A DNA stretch of 58,841 nt, filler included, from Sphacelaria rigidula (Eukaryota): assembly GCA_964200075.2 (NCBI GenBank). It is 7 parts of 7 records of this genome, joined end to end, with 100 filler letters (N's around TTAATTAATTAA, not from the genome) between each part and the next. Parts side by side here need not be neighbours in the genome. Positions count along the whole stretch, not along the records: positions 16,842 to 25,161 come from CAXNAA020011535.1; positions 25,262 to 33,581 come from CAXNAA020011536.1; positions 33,682 to 42,001 come from CAXNAA020011537.1; 4 more parts are not named here. One strand, 5' to 3'. A program made the translations under genes and the position numbers. Below the pieces are notes generated by a model that made no database searches, was not told where the DNA came from, and saw only the letters and a list, made by a program, of their open reading frames with translations. Of the stretch, positions 23,705 to 34,081 are shown piece by piece; the stretch's first letter is position 1; each line of letters begins with the position of its first letter.

Positions 23705-24885
23705 GTCGCCCCCCCCCAATACCCCCTTGGGCTTTTTTTGGTTTGGGAGGTTTGGCGCGGCCGCCTCCGCCNNNNNNNNNNTCTGTTGCAGGCGCCCCCC
23801 CCCCACCCCCCATCCCCCCTAGCGGTGGTCATCACGATACATTCCGCGTTGGGTTTGTTTTCGGTCAGTGAGTTTGAGGCGCGCTGCTAGGCATGGTTCG
23901 AAGAAATGTCGACCCGACGAAGTTCAAGGTTAACACGTGGTAATCGTAATCGTAATACTGTAACATAGGCCTGTCAGGTAGATGCTGCGGCGGTGCGTGC
24001 TGGTGTCTATCAATATAAAAATTACACCAACAACGCACATACATTCATGACCCCACCACAACCACCCTACACTTCGAGCAAAACCCGGACGAGCGAAGGC
24101 ACACACACACACTCACACACACACACACACACACCTCAAACTGCACCTCAACTCGAGATTCTGATCGTACTCGTATGCTACGCTGACTACACGGGTGTTC
24201 TTTCTTGATATTAACCTGATTTTATCAGGTGTCGTTTCAGCTGCGGCTTCATCAGCAAGCGGACGTTCACGAAATGGCAGAGGGCACTCTCGCGAAGCGG
24301 AGAGCGCGCCGCCGGGGAAAGCAACTCCACCCCCACCCAGGTGGCGCAGCAGCAGCAGCAGCAACAAGCCATGCCCGTCACGGCGGAGGCCCCGCCGTTG
24401 GCGGCACACCGCCCACTGCCCCCAGCACTCCTGGCGCAGAATTGTTTTCGTCTCCCATTTTTCCTCCAGTCGGTTGTCCGGGATCACCTCGTAGCTTCGG
24501 CCGCGGTAATCATAGCCGCGATGCCGCTGGCGGGGCAGTTCGTCGCCAACCTAACGCTGGCGACAGTAACGATAGCAAGGACGTGAGGTCAGCGTCCGAA
24601 CGGCCGTCGTGGTTATCGGTTGTGAAGGACGCAGTAGCAGCAGGCGGCGGGACGAGAGGCGGCGGGGAGCAGGGCAACAGTAACGTCACTGAATCCCACG
24701 GTGCCGCCCCACGGCCAGTGGATATGGGGAAGGCTGGAGCGGAGGGAGGAAGAGAGAGTAGGGACGTCAGTGAAGCGATAAGGCCTGCCACTCTGGCCCT
24801 GCCCGTTCGCCCTGCTCTTCACGCCACATCAAGTAGTAGTGGGGGGCGCAAGGGTTCGTGTAGGCTGCGTGGCGCGGCGGGGTAG
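17274..24885 (+). CDS. Partial multi-exon gene, unknown product; exons 17274-17456, 18129-18178, 20787-20889, 22465-22519, then probable exons near 23551-23867 and from 24229
   Basis: AG/GT boundaries with chained phases for the first four exons: ...GRTTMK|EPSNVQGPGECTPHHTR|YYQASLNRVQRKLLRGRLAAFCMSRDYDKREQLQ|KASSIMKETAKSNTLNAP. The downstream frame is uncertain because of a gap; the longest frame from 24229 is 218 aa. Confidence 0.6.
17750..17813. repeat. (CTG/CTA)n microsatellite
   Basis: Direct inspection. Confidence 0.95.
18270..18455. repeat. Compound (AGT/AGC)n and (ATA/ATC)n simple repeats
   Basis: Direct inspection. Confidence 0.85.
18973..19075. repeat. (CAA)n microsatellite following a tRNA-like 3' half
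   Basis: About 100 nt of CAA units; gttcgagtcccggcttgcacca lies immediately upstream (18945-18966). Confidence 0.95.
22665..23330 (-). mobile_element. Possible non-LTR retrotransposon 3' UTR in an intron
   Basis: Strongly pyrimidine-rich on the minus strand, ending in a degenerate (CAAT/CAGT)n tail, as seen at LINE 3' ends. No RT detected. Confidence 0.35.
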
Positions 24886-25735
24886 CGGTCTCGTTACGGG
24901 CGATGCTACTCGCGAGGGCTCATGTTTTTCTGCATCCACCTCTACGGGGGCTGCCGTGGTCAGTGTGGTGCTGTGCGGTTCCTGGATTTTACGCTGCTCT
25001 ATTGCAAACAGCAAACGAATGTATAAAAGAGTATACTGTTGTTGGTGATGTCGCTTGTCGTCGTAGTGGTGGTTGTGGTTTGGGAACAGTTTCATACGTC
25101 GGACGAGCCATCACTCGTCGAGACGAGTGCACTCGTTGATGTTTTTCGAAAACACAACGAGNNNNNNNNNNNNNNNNNNNNNNNNNNNNNNNNNNNNNNN
25201 NNNNNTTAATTAATTAANNNNNNNNNNNNNNNNNNNNNNNNNNNNNNNNNNNNNNNNNNNNTTCACTGATTGACCGCTTTTCACTCTCAATCGTATCATC
25301 TACTCTCAATCTTACGAAAACACTGTTATACATATTTTTTGTTCGTTCTTTTTTCTAGTTTTTTTCAGTGAGTTTTGAGGAGAAATGGACATTGCTCTTG
25401 GGCTTTATTTCAACTTTTAGCTACAAATAATGTTTAGGAGCATGATTTGAAACTCAGGATGGAGAATCACAGAGGCATGCTAAATAAAAAAAGCAAATGC
25501 GCCTTTAATTTTTTTGGCAGAGGTTCGGGCGTTTTCGTGAAAAATGGTCGTTACCATACTGAAAAAGTCCTGAGCCAGTGAAAAAATGAATAAATACCAA
25601 CCTTACCCACTTTTTTTGCTCATCACTGCCCTAGCGCGGTCTCACATAAAAAATTCAATACACAAACACCAAACGTCGGCCGGTAAGTGGCCTGAAAAAT
25701 ACTGTTCCGAATTTCTACCGAACCGGTTACTAAAC

Positions 25736-25998
25736 GGCCCATTCGCCGGCCAATACTCAGAGTTGGACCCTAAAATTTGGTATGGGCCATGAATAGGGCA
25801 TACTACAAAAAATTACCCGTGTAGTCTACACGAACACACTTTTTTTCATGAGTTGAAGGCACTACTCAGTTTTCAGGTATGAGTAAAATGCCATTAAAAC
25901 ATGAAAAAAATCCCTGTGTGCACGTTGTTTTGATTTCATCATGCCCTACTCGTTTTCCATACCAGATTCAAGGGTCCAACTCGGCAGGCGAATGGGCC
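25736..25998. repeat. Imperfect inverted repeat (~70-bp arms) within an AT-rich, transposon-like tract
   Basis: ggcccattcgcc.gcc...gagttggaccct.aa.t.tggtatgg...tagggcat pairs with atgccctac...ccataccagattcaagggtccaactcggcaggcgaatgggcc. Confidence 0.7.
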
Positions 25999-26359
25999 TG
26001 CAAACTGCGAACTCGCCCCTAGGCTGGCCCAGCTCGTAATGCCATGCATTTCAAACGTGTTCTTCCAATCAATACGTTAAATGCGAGTGTAATGTATTGA
26101 CCCGTCGCGATTCCAAATAATCCGACGTGAGCTTTTATGTGGTTTCGGATTATACATGCTCATACAACAACTAACTCTTCGGAATGTTAACCCTTTGACC
26201 ACCAGGGTTTGCATTATGGTTCACGCAGTAACTTTTAAAGTGAACATGATGCCGTTTCCACCTACGGCTAAAAAGGTCATTCTCGATCAAGAACTATTTC
26301 TCAATCTGACGAAATGTTGTTGTTGGCCATATCTACGCCCTTCATCAACCGTCTCCTCT

Positions 26360-27241
26360 TCAAATTCTTCGTATTACACTTCGCCTGCGTTCTACTCCAG
26401 AATGCCAGTTGAATGCCGGTAGCCCTTTCTCAGGCGCAGGCCTACCGTACATGTAAATTGAACCGCAAACGAAGGTTACTCCAACGGCGAACATTTTAGT
26501 GGGTTTGAAGTCGAAAAATATCATGGACAAGATACACGCCGCGATGATGGACACGGCGGCTGCAAATGACTTCCGAATGTTGTCGGCATACTTGACCACA
26601 ACAGCCACCACCAGCCCCCCCGCGGCTTGCAACATAATTACACCCACAACCACAGAGTTGTAACCCTGGAAGAACCCGTTCGCCCTCACTCTGTACCCGT
26701 CCTTCACCGCGACAGTTAGCAGAGACAGGGCGATACTGGGAAGTCCCATTTGAATATTCCTAACGAAGAGTGATGTTTTGCTACTTTTCAAAATCATCTC
26801 GAAGTACACCCCGGAAAAACCCGACGTACAAGCCGCCGAAAGGACGCACACAAATCCAACCAACCGGGACGGTACGAATTCCGTTACGCTTCCCTCAACG
26901 CTACTCTCCTCATCTCCGGTGTCACTATCGCCTTCCCCAGCACCACGTTGGGTGGAAACCTCGGACAAGGCGACGCCTATTGTTAGCAGGAGTAAAGCGA
27001 TCCATTTCCATGACGTCAGTCTCCTCTTGAGAAGCAAAACCGAAAATATAGCGGTAGTGAGAATTTTGGTTTGATAGCAAACCATGTACGTCGCGGCGTC
27101 GAGATTCTTCAACGCCACATAGAGGAGGTTGTTTTGCACAGTGTACAAAAGTGCGGGGACCATGAGCTTCATCATCTCCAACGGTTGATTGACCACTTCC
27201 ACCCTGAGTTTTTGCACGAACGCCCTCGATCCTCCGGTTTC
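26360..27241 (-). CDS. Golgi nucleotide-sugar transporter, SLC35A family (UDP-Gal/UDP-GlcNAc/CMP-Sia transporter-like); large terminal exon
   Basis: Family motifs PALLYTVQNNLLYVAL.NLDAATY..YQTKILTTA.FS, GFSGVYFE.ILK, RNIQM, GFFQGY and GGLVVAVVVKYADNI. Acceptor tgtgcag| at 27241. The N-terminal TM1-2 exon(s) were not identified. Confidence 0.93.
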   Translation of the reverse strand, partial: ETGGSRAFVQKLRVEVVNQPLEMMKLMVPALLYTVQNNLLYVALKNLDAATYMVCYQTKILTTAIFSVLLLKRRLTSWKWIALLLLTIGVALSEVSTQRGAGEGDSDTGDEESSVEGSVTEFVPSRLVGFVCVLSAACTSGFSGVYFEMILKSSKTSLFVRNIQMGLPSIALSLLTVAVKDGYRVRANGFFQGYNSVVVGVIMLQAAGGLVVAVVVKYADNIRKSFAAAVSIIAACILSMIFFDFKPTKMFAVGVTFVCGSIYMYGRPAPEKGLPAFNWHSGVERRRSVIRRI

Positions 27242-29832
27242 CTGCACATGTCAACATGTCAACAGTGCGGGCATGTGGTTTGTGACGATACATCCGAAAA
27301 GGTGGGTACATGAGCACACACTAACATGAGGGGCATGAGGGACGGGCGGCTTACTCGATCGGTTAATGGCTCGGACAGGAAACGCCCTATCGGTTGTTCA
27401 TTATATGCCATTTTGCGCCTCCATTGCAGTGGGTATTTCCAAGCATGACAAGCTGACTTGACTTCGGAGTGCCACATGACTCACCAATACACCAACTCAC
27501 CTCACAGTAGCTTCTTCTCGTCCCACCGGGAACTTGGAAATGGTCAATGGTATATGGTCAATCGTTTCGTCGTTGGGCGGTATAGGGGTACAGTACGGGT
27601 AGGGCTGCGTAGGGCTGGGCGGGCATAGGGGTGCGCTGACAGCAACTTTCGTGTACTTTATTGGGTTGTTTTCATTCGCTCTTAACTAAATGCGAACGAG
27701 AAAGCCGACCAAATTCGAGGAGATTTTGCCGCGAACAAGGAACGTGAAGTCACCTGAAAATGGCAGAGAGCGCACGTGCGCTACTGTTAGGGATGCGAAT
27801 CGAGGGGGGTGTTGTGTTAGCATCCGAATAGTGTCCGGGCTGTTCGACGACATTTTCCCCGCCACCGACAGCTTATCTTCGTTTCCTTTCTTCCATATGG
27901 ATACACTTGATTCAAAACTACACCCTTTTTATGGAGAAATCGTGCATTCACACGGCGCCTTCCTTATCCACACGCTACATACATACACTTTCACAACCTG
28001 GACATAGACTGGGCGCCTGAGTTTTTTTTTCAGTGCTCTTCAAGCGTATCGTACCCTGAAAACCTGCCAAGCGCGGGACGTTCCCTGAAGGGGATTGATC
28101 CGCTCACTGCATCGGGATTCGAAATACAAACCTCAAGAAACAGCGCTCGAATCGCACTCATGGCCGGCGAGAATTGGGGTGTCGAAGGCGGCCTATCGAT
28201 GGAGTTTCCCGAACAAGCCGTCGCCCTCAACAAAAGCAAATGGAATAAAACCACAGAGGGGACTGGCGGGGGAAGCTGAGAGGAGAGGTCTTAGTTGGAG
28301 TATGTTTGTTCGGTGCCCATAAGTGTGTACGAAGTACATGTATAGCGCACCCAGACAAATTATGAAAAGAAAAGCGCTGCCGGTTGTGCACCCAGCCACA
28401 CTGGGGGCCAGCTTGGCGTGTACAGGAACAAAGTCATGATATGGTTACTGTACTATGCTCTTCTGCTGCTTGTATAGAGTCTACCACTACCACCGCATGC
28501 GGTCTGCCGTCTGCACAGTATCTCTTTGCTGCGACAAAGCGTTTTAAGCTCGGAAAAACGTGGAGCAGGAGCACATTTCACAAACATTCATGTGTTACAA
28601 TGGCATGATGTTCACTCGAAAAAATGGATGCAAAACCCAGATGACCCACCATGTCGGTCAAAGGGTTTACGTTCACTTTTGGAGCTGGCGGCAACTAGGA
28701 CACGCCCTTCAATTCAAAGGTTTAGTTTGCTGTAACCCGGTTGATCCTTGGCGACAGCCATAAGACAGAGATGAGGGATGCAGCGGGGGGAAAGAGAGAA
28801 GATAACAGTGTAGTGTGGTGTAGTGTAGTGTGCTGTGCAGTTCGGCTCGTCTATAGAGCTACCATCACCTTGAGGGTGGGTAATCTGTGTTGCATTGGCA
28901 TGACGTTGACTTGATAAATAGTTGATGACGTAGAGACAGAGGGCTGTGGGCAATGCACCTGGGCAATATGTATGGTGTGTGCAGAAGGCCTTTCGGTTCT
29001 CTTGGACCCGGCCGGACTGACTCTTTGTTTCTGACTGGCCAGCTGGATTTTTGCTCATAGGGTGTGTGCATTGCTACAAGGTAGTTGGGGGTACTACCGA
29101 GGGCGTGTGGTAGATGACTAATTACTGAAACCGTTACTACACCCGTAGACCCACCGTCGGTACAATCGGTACGACCGGATATGTTCATGACCTTGGCGGG
29201 TGTAATGCATGGTAAACGGGTTTGGGTGCGTGCGCTTTGCTGCTGTTTTCCTGCTCATCAAGAGCAAGCGGTGCAAACTACGACCTAAAAAGTTGTGCAC
29301 GTCCCATACTTGTCGCCATTTGATCGTTCACAAAATTACCTGCTAGCTGCTGTTCACCCTGCTAGCCCTTTTTTTCGTGTGCCAGGTGGAGCATCAGTGT
29401 CAATTTGTTCGTCTACTTTTAGGCCAGATTGACGAGTTTTTATTTCCGTTGTGTCTCCCCATATGACTTACTTTGAGTCATTTTTATTATACCAATTTTC
29501 TTCTTTCCACTGGCGGATCGGGTCTGCGTAGTGTGGAATCAAGTATGTTGACAACCAAGAGGGGGTAGGAAGACAATTTTGTAGAAGAGAAGCCGTCTTA
29601 TTGTGAATATGATTAGCCCAATTGGCCTTGCTGTCAATAAAATAGGCCTCCCGTCGGATGGGATGGGATTGGTGCGTGCTTGAGGGCCACACGTCATTTG
29701 CATGACCACCAAGTAATTTGACACGGGACACGCGGACGGTCGACAAACGTGGTGCTATAGTGCTAATAACACAGAAGTGCTTCGGTACACGTATATACGG
29801 GTATACATTTAGCAACAGCGTAGGTGATTGAT

Positions 29833-30077
29833 CAGGGGGCCCCATATCGGGAAATGGCTGCACCACCGCCCCCCAGGCCGCAAAAACCTCATTTTGGGGT
29901 TGAAGGAGGGGGGGGACCCGATTCTATGCGGGGGGGAGGTACGCTCTGATCGCTGGATGATGGCGATAGCAGTTTCTGCACTGCACCGCACGTGTACTAA
30001 TCTCACGGTAATTACATTTGTTTACTTAGAGTTAGTACCGGCGGTGGTGCAGCCATTTCCCGACATGGGGCCCCTCG
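29833..30077. mobile_element. hAT-like MITE (~245 bp) with ~38-bp TIRs and target-site duplication
   Basis: cagggggccccatatcgggaaatggctgcaccaccgcc pairs with ggcggtggtgcagccatttcccgacatggggcccctcg. Flanked by gattgat at 29826-29832 and 30078-30084 (8 bp if one mismatch is allowed). Confidence 0.85.
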
Positions 30078-32494
30078 GATTGATACTACCATCTCTCGAC
30101 TGTATGAAATGACTGTTGCAACACGGAATGATCGGATCTTTTCTCATATTTTTGCCGGTGGTGTTGATATCTCCTTCACATCAGGCCCGCTGTCGGGTAG
30201 TTCTCAAGGTTCCAGAATATCAGGCGTCAGACCGTCTTCTTGACACAGAATCAGCCCCTACAATCCCCCAAGTAACCGGCGCCCGTTAAAACAAAATCGA
30301 CGCCAAGACACCGATTACCCCAATATCTATTCGGCGTTGCGGGCTAAATCGTCCCAAAATTTGCGACGCGCCAGCCCGCCGATGCTATACGTTTCCCCTG
30401 ATACCAATCACTCTGTAAGGAAATATATTTCTGATTTGTTCGGCTCCGCGACACTTTCCTTTTTTTTTTCTGGGCTGTGCTGCACGAGTTCTGGCGTGCC
30501 CATTTTTCTAGAGAAGAGAGGCAGGCTTACCCGACTTCGTCGTCAAGATAGCTCATGGTTGACACACTTCGTAGCAGCCCCAACGCTGAGGCCGTCCGTC
30601 TCTTATCGAGACGGAAAATTCACACTCCAAAACAGCGTTCGACTGTGATTATCCGCGGTGAATCCCCTCCTCCTACCCCTATTTATTACACCAGAAAAAA
30701 CCCTTTCGGATGTGAATCTTGGTGTCGGGAACGTGATTTGAAAAGGTCCTTCATGTCCTCGACAACCGACAGTAGTTTTTCGAGTTTGTTACTTGCGCGA
30801 TGACTACAATATATTCGTACGTTTTACATCTGAGAGTTGCTTATAGGCAACTAGTGGAGCGGAATTTGCGGTCGATATTTGTTAACAGGCGGTTGCTGTA
30901 GTTAGACACATTTTGGACCGAGAAGTCGTCCACCCGCAACCAGTCGCAGAGGTTTCTGACCGACCACTTGTCAGTAGCCAACTATAATAGTTACCTGACA
31001 TTATCATCCAGCAGTTACCTTCAGGCAACTAGTTATACACGATTCTCTTCCAGTAGCCATCTTCAGACAACTGTCCAATAAATAGAGTTCCTCGTAGGCG
31101 AACATCCAAGTCCGGCGCGACCATTGTGTGCTGATACCCCCCCCCATCACACGTCGCATCACGTCACTTGAGACAAAGGGGTACAGCACATCATTCTCAT
31201 TAACGGAGTAGACAGCAGCCCACGCCGTGTGTCTGACAATTGGATCTAGGGTGAGGCCATGGTGAAAAGGCAGAAAGACGGCACCAAACCAAACGCAAAA
31301 AGGGTTTTTTTCCCCAGCACGGTTCCCCACAGCCATGGTTGAATGTACTTTGTAACATCGATCCCCAAGGCTACTCCCGACTCAAACTCCAACCCAGGGC
31401 AGACTGGGAACTCTCGGGCAAGAGGGATACATACAGTAGTACCCTAGGCAAAAGTGGGTTGGCAGGGCTCAACTCGACACCTGCGGCGCCGAGTTGAGAT
31501 AATTTTGAAAGCGTGCTGAGCACGCTGGGCGAGTCCTCGGGGCAATAAACCATCTCAAAGACCTCAACATGACGCATCAAACGAAAACCGAGAGTTTGAG
31601 CCATGGATTTGTTGAGTCAGGTTGGGGAGCTCCACTGAAGACGCAAGATGAGAGAACATCGGTCGCTCTAAACAAAATATTTTTGCCTGCCGCGCGTGCG
31701 GCTTGGGACTTCTTATGCTCCATCGCATGAAATGTGCTGAGGTTAAACGGACACACGTCCTTGGAATGAATAAATGTGTCCACATCACAAATCACCAGGG
31801 GAGGATGGTGTTGAAGACAACCTCAGTGGCTGAGGCGCCCGGATAGCAATGCACGTCACTGAGGAGGGAGGAATCGCTTAATACACGAAAAGTATCGTTG
31901 GCACTTCGCGCTTTGAGCCGGCAGTGTTGTACCGGCTATATTGACTGTTCGCCTCGGCAGGGCTGGGATACCCGCGATCCATTCATAAAAAAATGTAAAC
32001 TGCGTTCTGTCCTAATCTGAGGCCAGGTGAAACGGCAACAAAACTCCGCAAAAGGTCCATCACGTGAATGTCGGAGAAAGCTCATCGTATTCACGTGGGA
32101 ACCCCTACAATTGCAGCTTGATTCCGATAGAAGACAAGAGCAAACCCCCCCTCGTGGTCAGTCTGTCGTGATTTCGGGCGGGAAAGCTCAAGCTCTGTCT
32201 GTAGGGGGACATCGCCCCTTTCCCGAACAGGTCTGCGGCGGTTCTTGGCAGAAGACAGTGTTCTCCTCGACTCGGCCGTACGGGCACATCTTACCCGAGA
32301 CGGCGTTTACAACTCAGAGGGCAGCAACCTCAAAGAGACGACGAAGTCTTGATGTTGGATGTTATCTGTGGTAATGCGAGAGTCGACCAATAAGCGAGCC
32401 CAGTTGAACGACTATGCTGGCAAGATATGCCACTGCCTCCGCGCCGATTTGATATAGTTCCCTCCATAATCACCATTAGAAAGTGAAAAATCCA

Positions 32495-32950
32495 AGGGTA
32501 GGAGAGTATACTCAATACCCAGTATTTTTGAAGAGTCATACTTTTAGTACTCGAAGTTTGAGTAGAATATTTATTGGAGGCCGTACTCAACGTACTCGAA
32601 AATTGATGAGAGTATTTGAGACCATACCCAACCTACTCAAAATTTGAGTAGAGTATTTCAAGCGTAGGTCGAGTAGAGTATACTCAATACTCAGTATTTT
32701 TGAAGAGTCGTACTCAACGTACTCGGAATTTCAGTAGAGTATTTGAGGTCGAACTCGACCTAGTCAAAATTTGAGTGAGTATTTGAGACCATACTCGAAC
32801 TAGTCAAAATTTGATGAGAGTACTGAGGTCATACTCAAGTGATACTCTATACTCAAGTATCACTGAGAGTGCTCACTCGAATTTTGAGTAGAGTATTTGA
32901 AGTCGTACTCGACCTACTCAGAATTTGAGTGGAGTATCTGAGGTCGGATC
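32495..32950. repeat. Array of ~41-bp units with imperfect palindrome TACTCAAAATTTGAGTA; related block at 33448-33504
   Basis: Palindrome variants at 32548, 32593, 32634, 32720, 32761, 32801, 32874 and 32915; higher-order 172-bp repeat (32503/32675). Confidence 0.88.
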
Positions 32951-33504
32951 AGACTTACCGAAAAGCTATAACTTCAACTTCAATATTCAAGTTCGTACGC
33001 AAGATATACGTGAACTCGGGTGGAGAAAACACCGAGGTATTTCTAGAGTTGCCCACCCATGATGAGTGCTGATTCAAGGTCAAACTGTCGTGTCAAACCA
33101 TGGCCAGTAGAGTCGCCCATTTTGATAATACCTACTCGACTACTCGGTTACTCGATGATGATGAGTAGCGCTCTGTACTGAAAGTGATATCGAAGGCGTT
33201 AAGAGGTATCGAGTATGAACTGCCGTAGGTGGGGGCTGGTGAGATGGGGCGCCGGGGCAAGTAGGTTCGTTCACCTGCGCCCTTCTTCATTTTTTCATGG
33301 CCATCATTCGCTCGTACTACTTGTTGTCTGTGATGTAATGCCGCCCATCTAATAGATGGCCATTGTTCGCCCATGCATTCCAACATAGTTTGTGAAGTGA
33401 CGTCACGAAGTCGCCGACTGTTAGGGGTACTCACCATACCCAAGGGGTACTCTATACTCGAGTATTACTGAGAGGGCTTACACAATGTTTGAGTAGAGTA
33501 TTTG

Positions 33505-33581
33505 CCGGTCGCCCCGGTGGTTCAGTTGGTAACCTCGTAATCTTCTGATGGTTGAGTTGTGGGGTTCGATTCCCGGAGTGA
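33505..33581 (+). mobile_element. tRNA-derived SINE head (same family as 16414), cut by scaffold end
   Basis: ccggtcgccccggtggttcagttggtaacct...cttctgatggttgag...ggttcgattcc aligns with 16414-16487; A and B boxes present. Confidence 0.75.
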
Positions 33582-34081
33582 NNNNNNNNNNNNNNNNNNN
33601 NNNNNNNNNNNNNNNNNNNNNNNNNTTAATTAATTAANNNNNNNNNNNNNNNNNNNNNNNNNNNNNNNNNNNNNNNNNNNNTGGCCATTCGGACTTCAGG
33701 GAGTGGAACTCGGTTTTCCAAACTGCAGTGCTTACAGGATATGGTGGGTATCTGAGCAAGTCTGCCCCCGGCGGACTCTATGATCTTTTGCCTGAAGATC
33801 GACTGCGAGTTTTTCATTCGGCGCCCTGAGCAGAATTTGCGTTTTTAGCACACCACATGGCGCCGACTTCGAGCTAAAACGATGTATTGCAAATCTCAAT
33901 GATGGGGGATAGAGAGACTAACGGGACGGGCGGAGAGCCAGTTTTTGAAAAGTGCCGTTCACCTCATCTCTCTGAAAGCGCCTGGTATCCACGAGAGTAG
34001 GGCTACCGTATCCGACAGCGCGCCAAAGCGAGTGGTACCGAGTAAACTGTTTGCCGCCACGCATATCGTGTAAAACGAAAG

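Noticed and set aside
23660..23820. Poly-proline-coding poly-C tract
   Set aside because: The flanking sequence is duplicated across an N gap and degraded, so length and frame are unreliable.
32495..32950. CRISPR-like array (palindromic repeats at regular spacing)
   Set aside because: Repeats are degenerate, intervening segments are homologous rather than unique spacers, there are no cas genes, and the context is eukaryotic.
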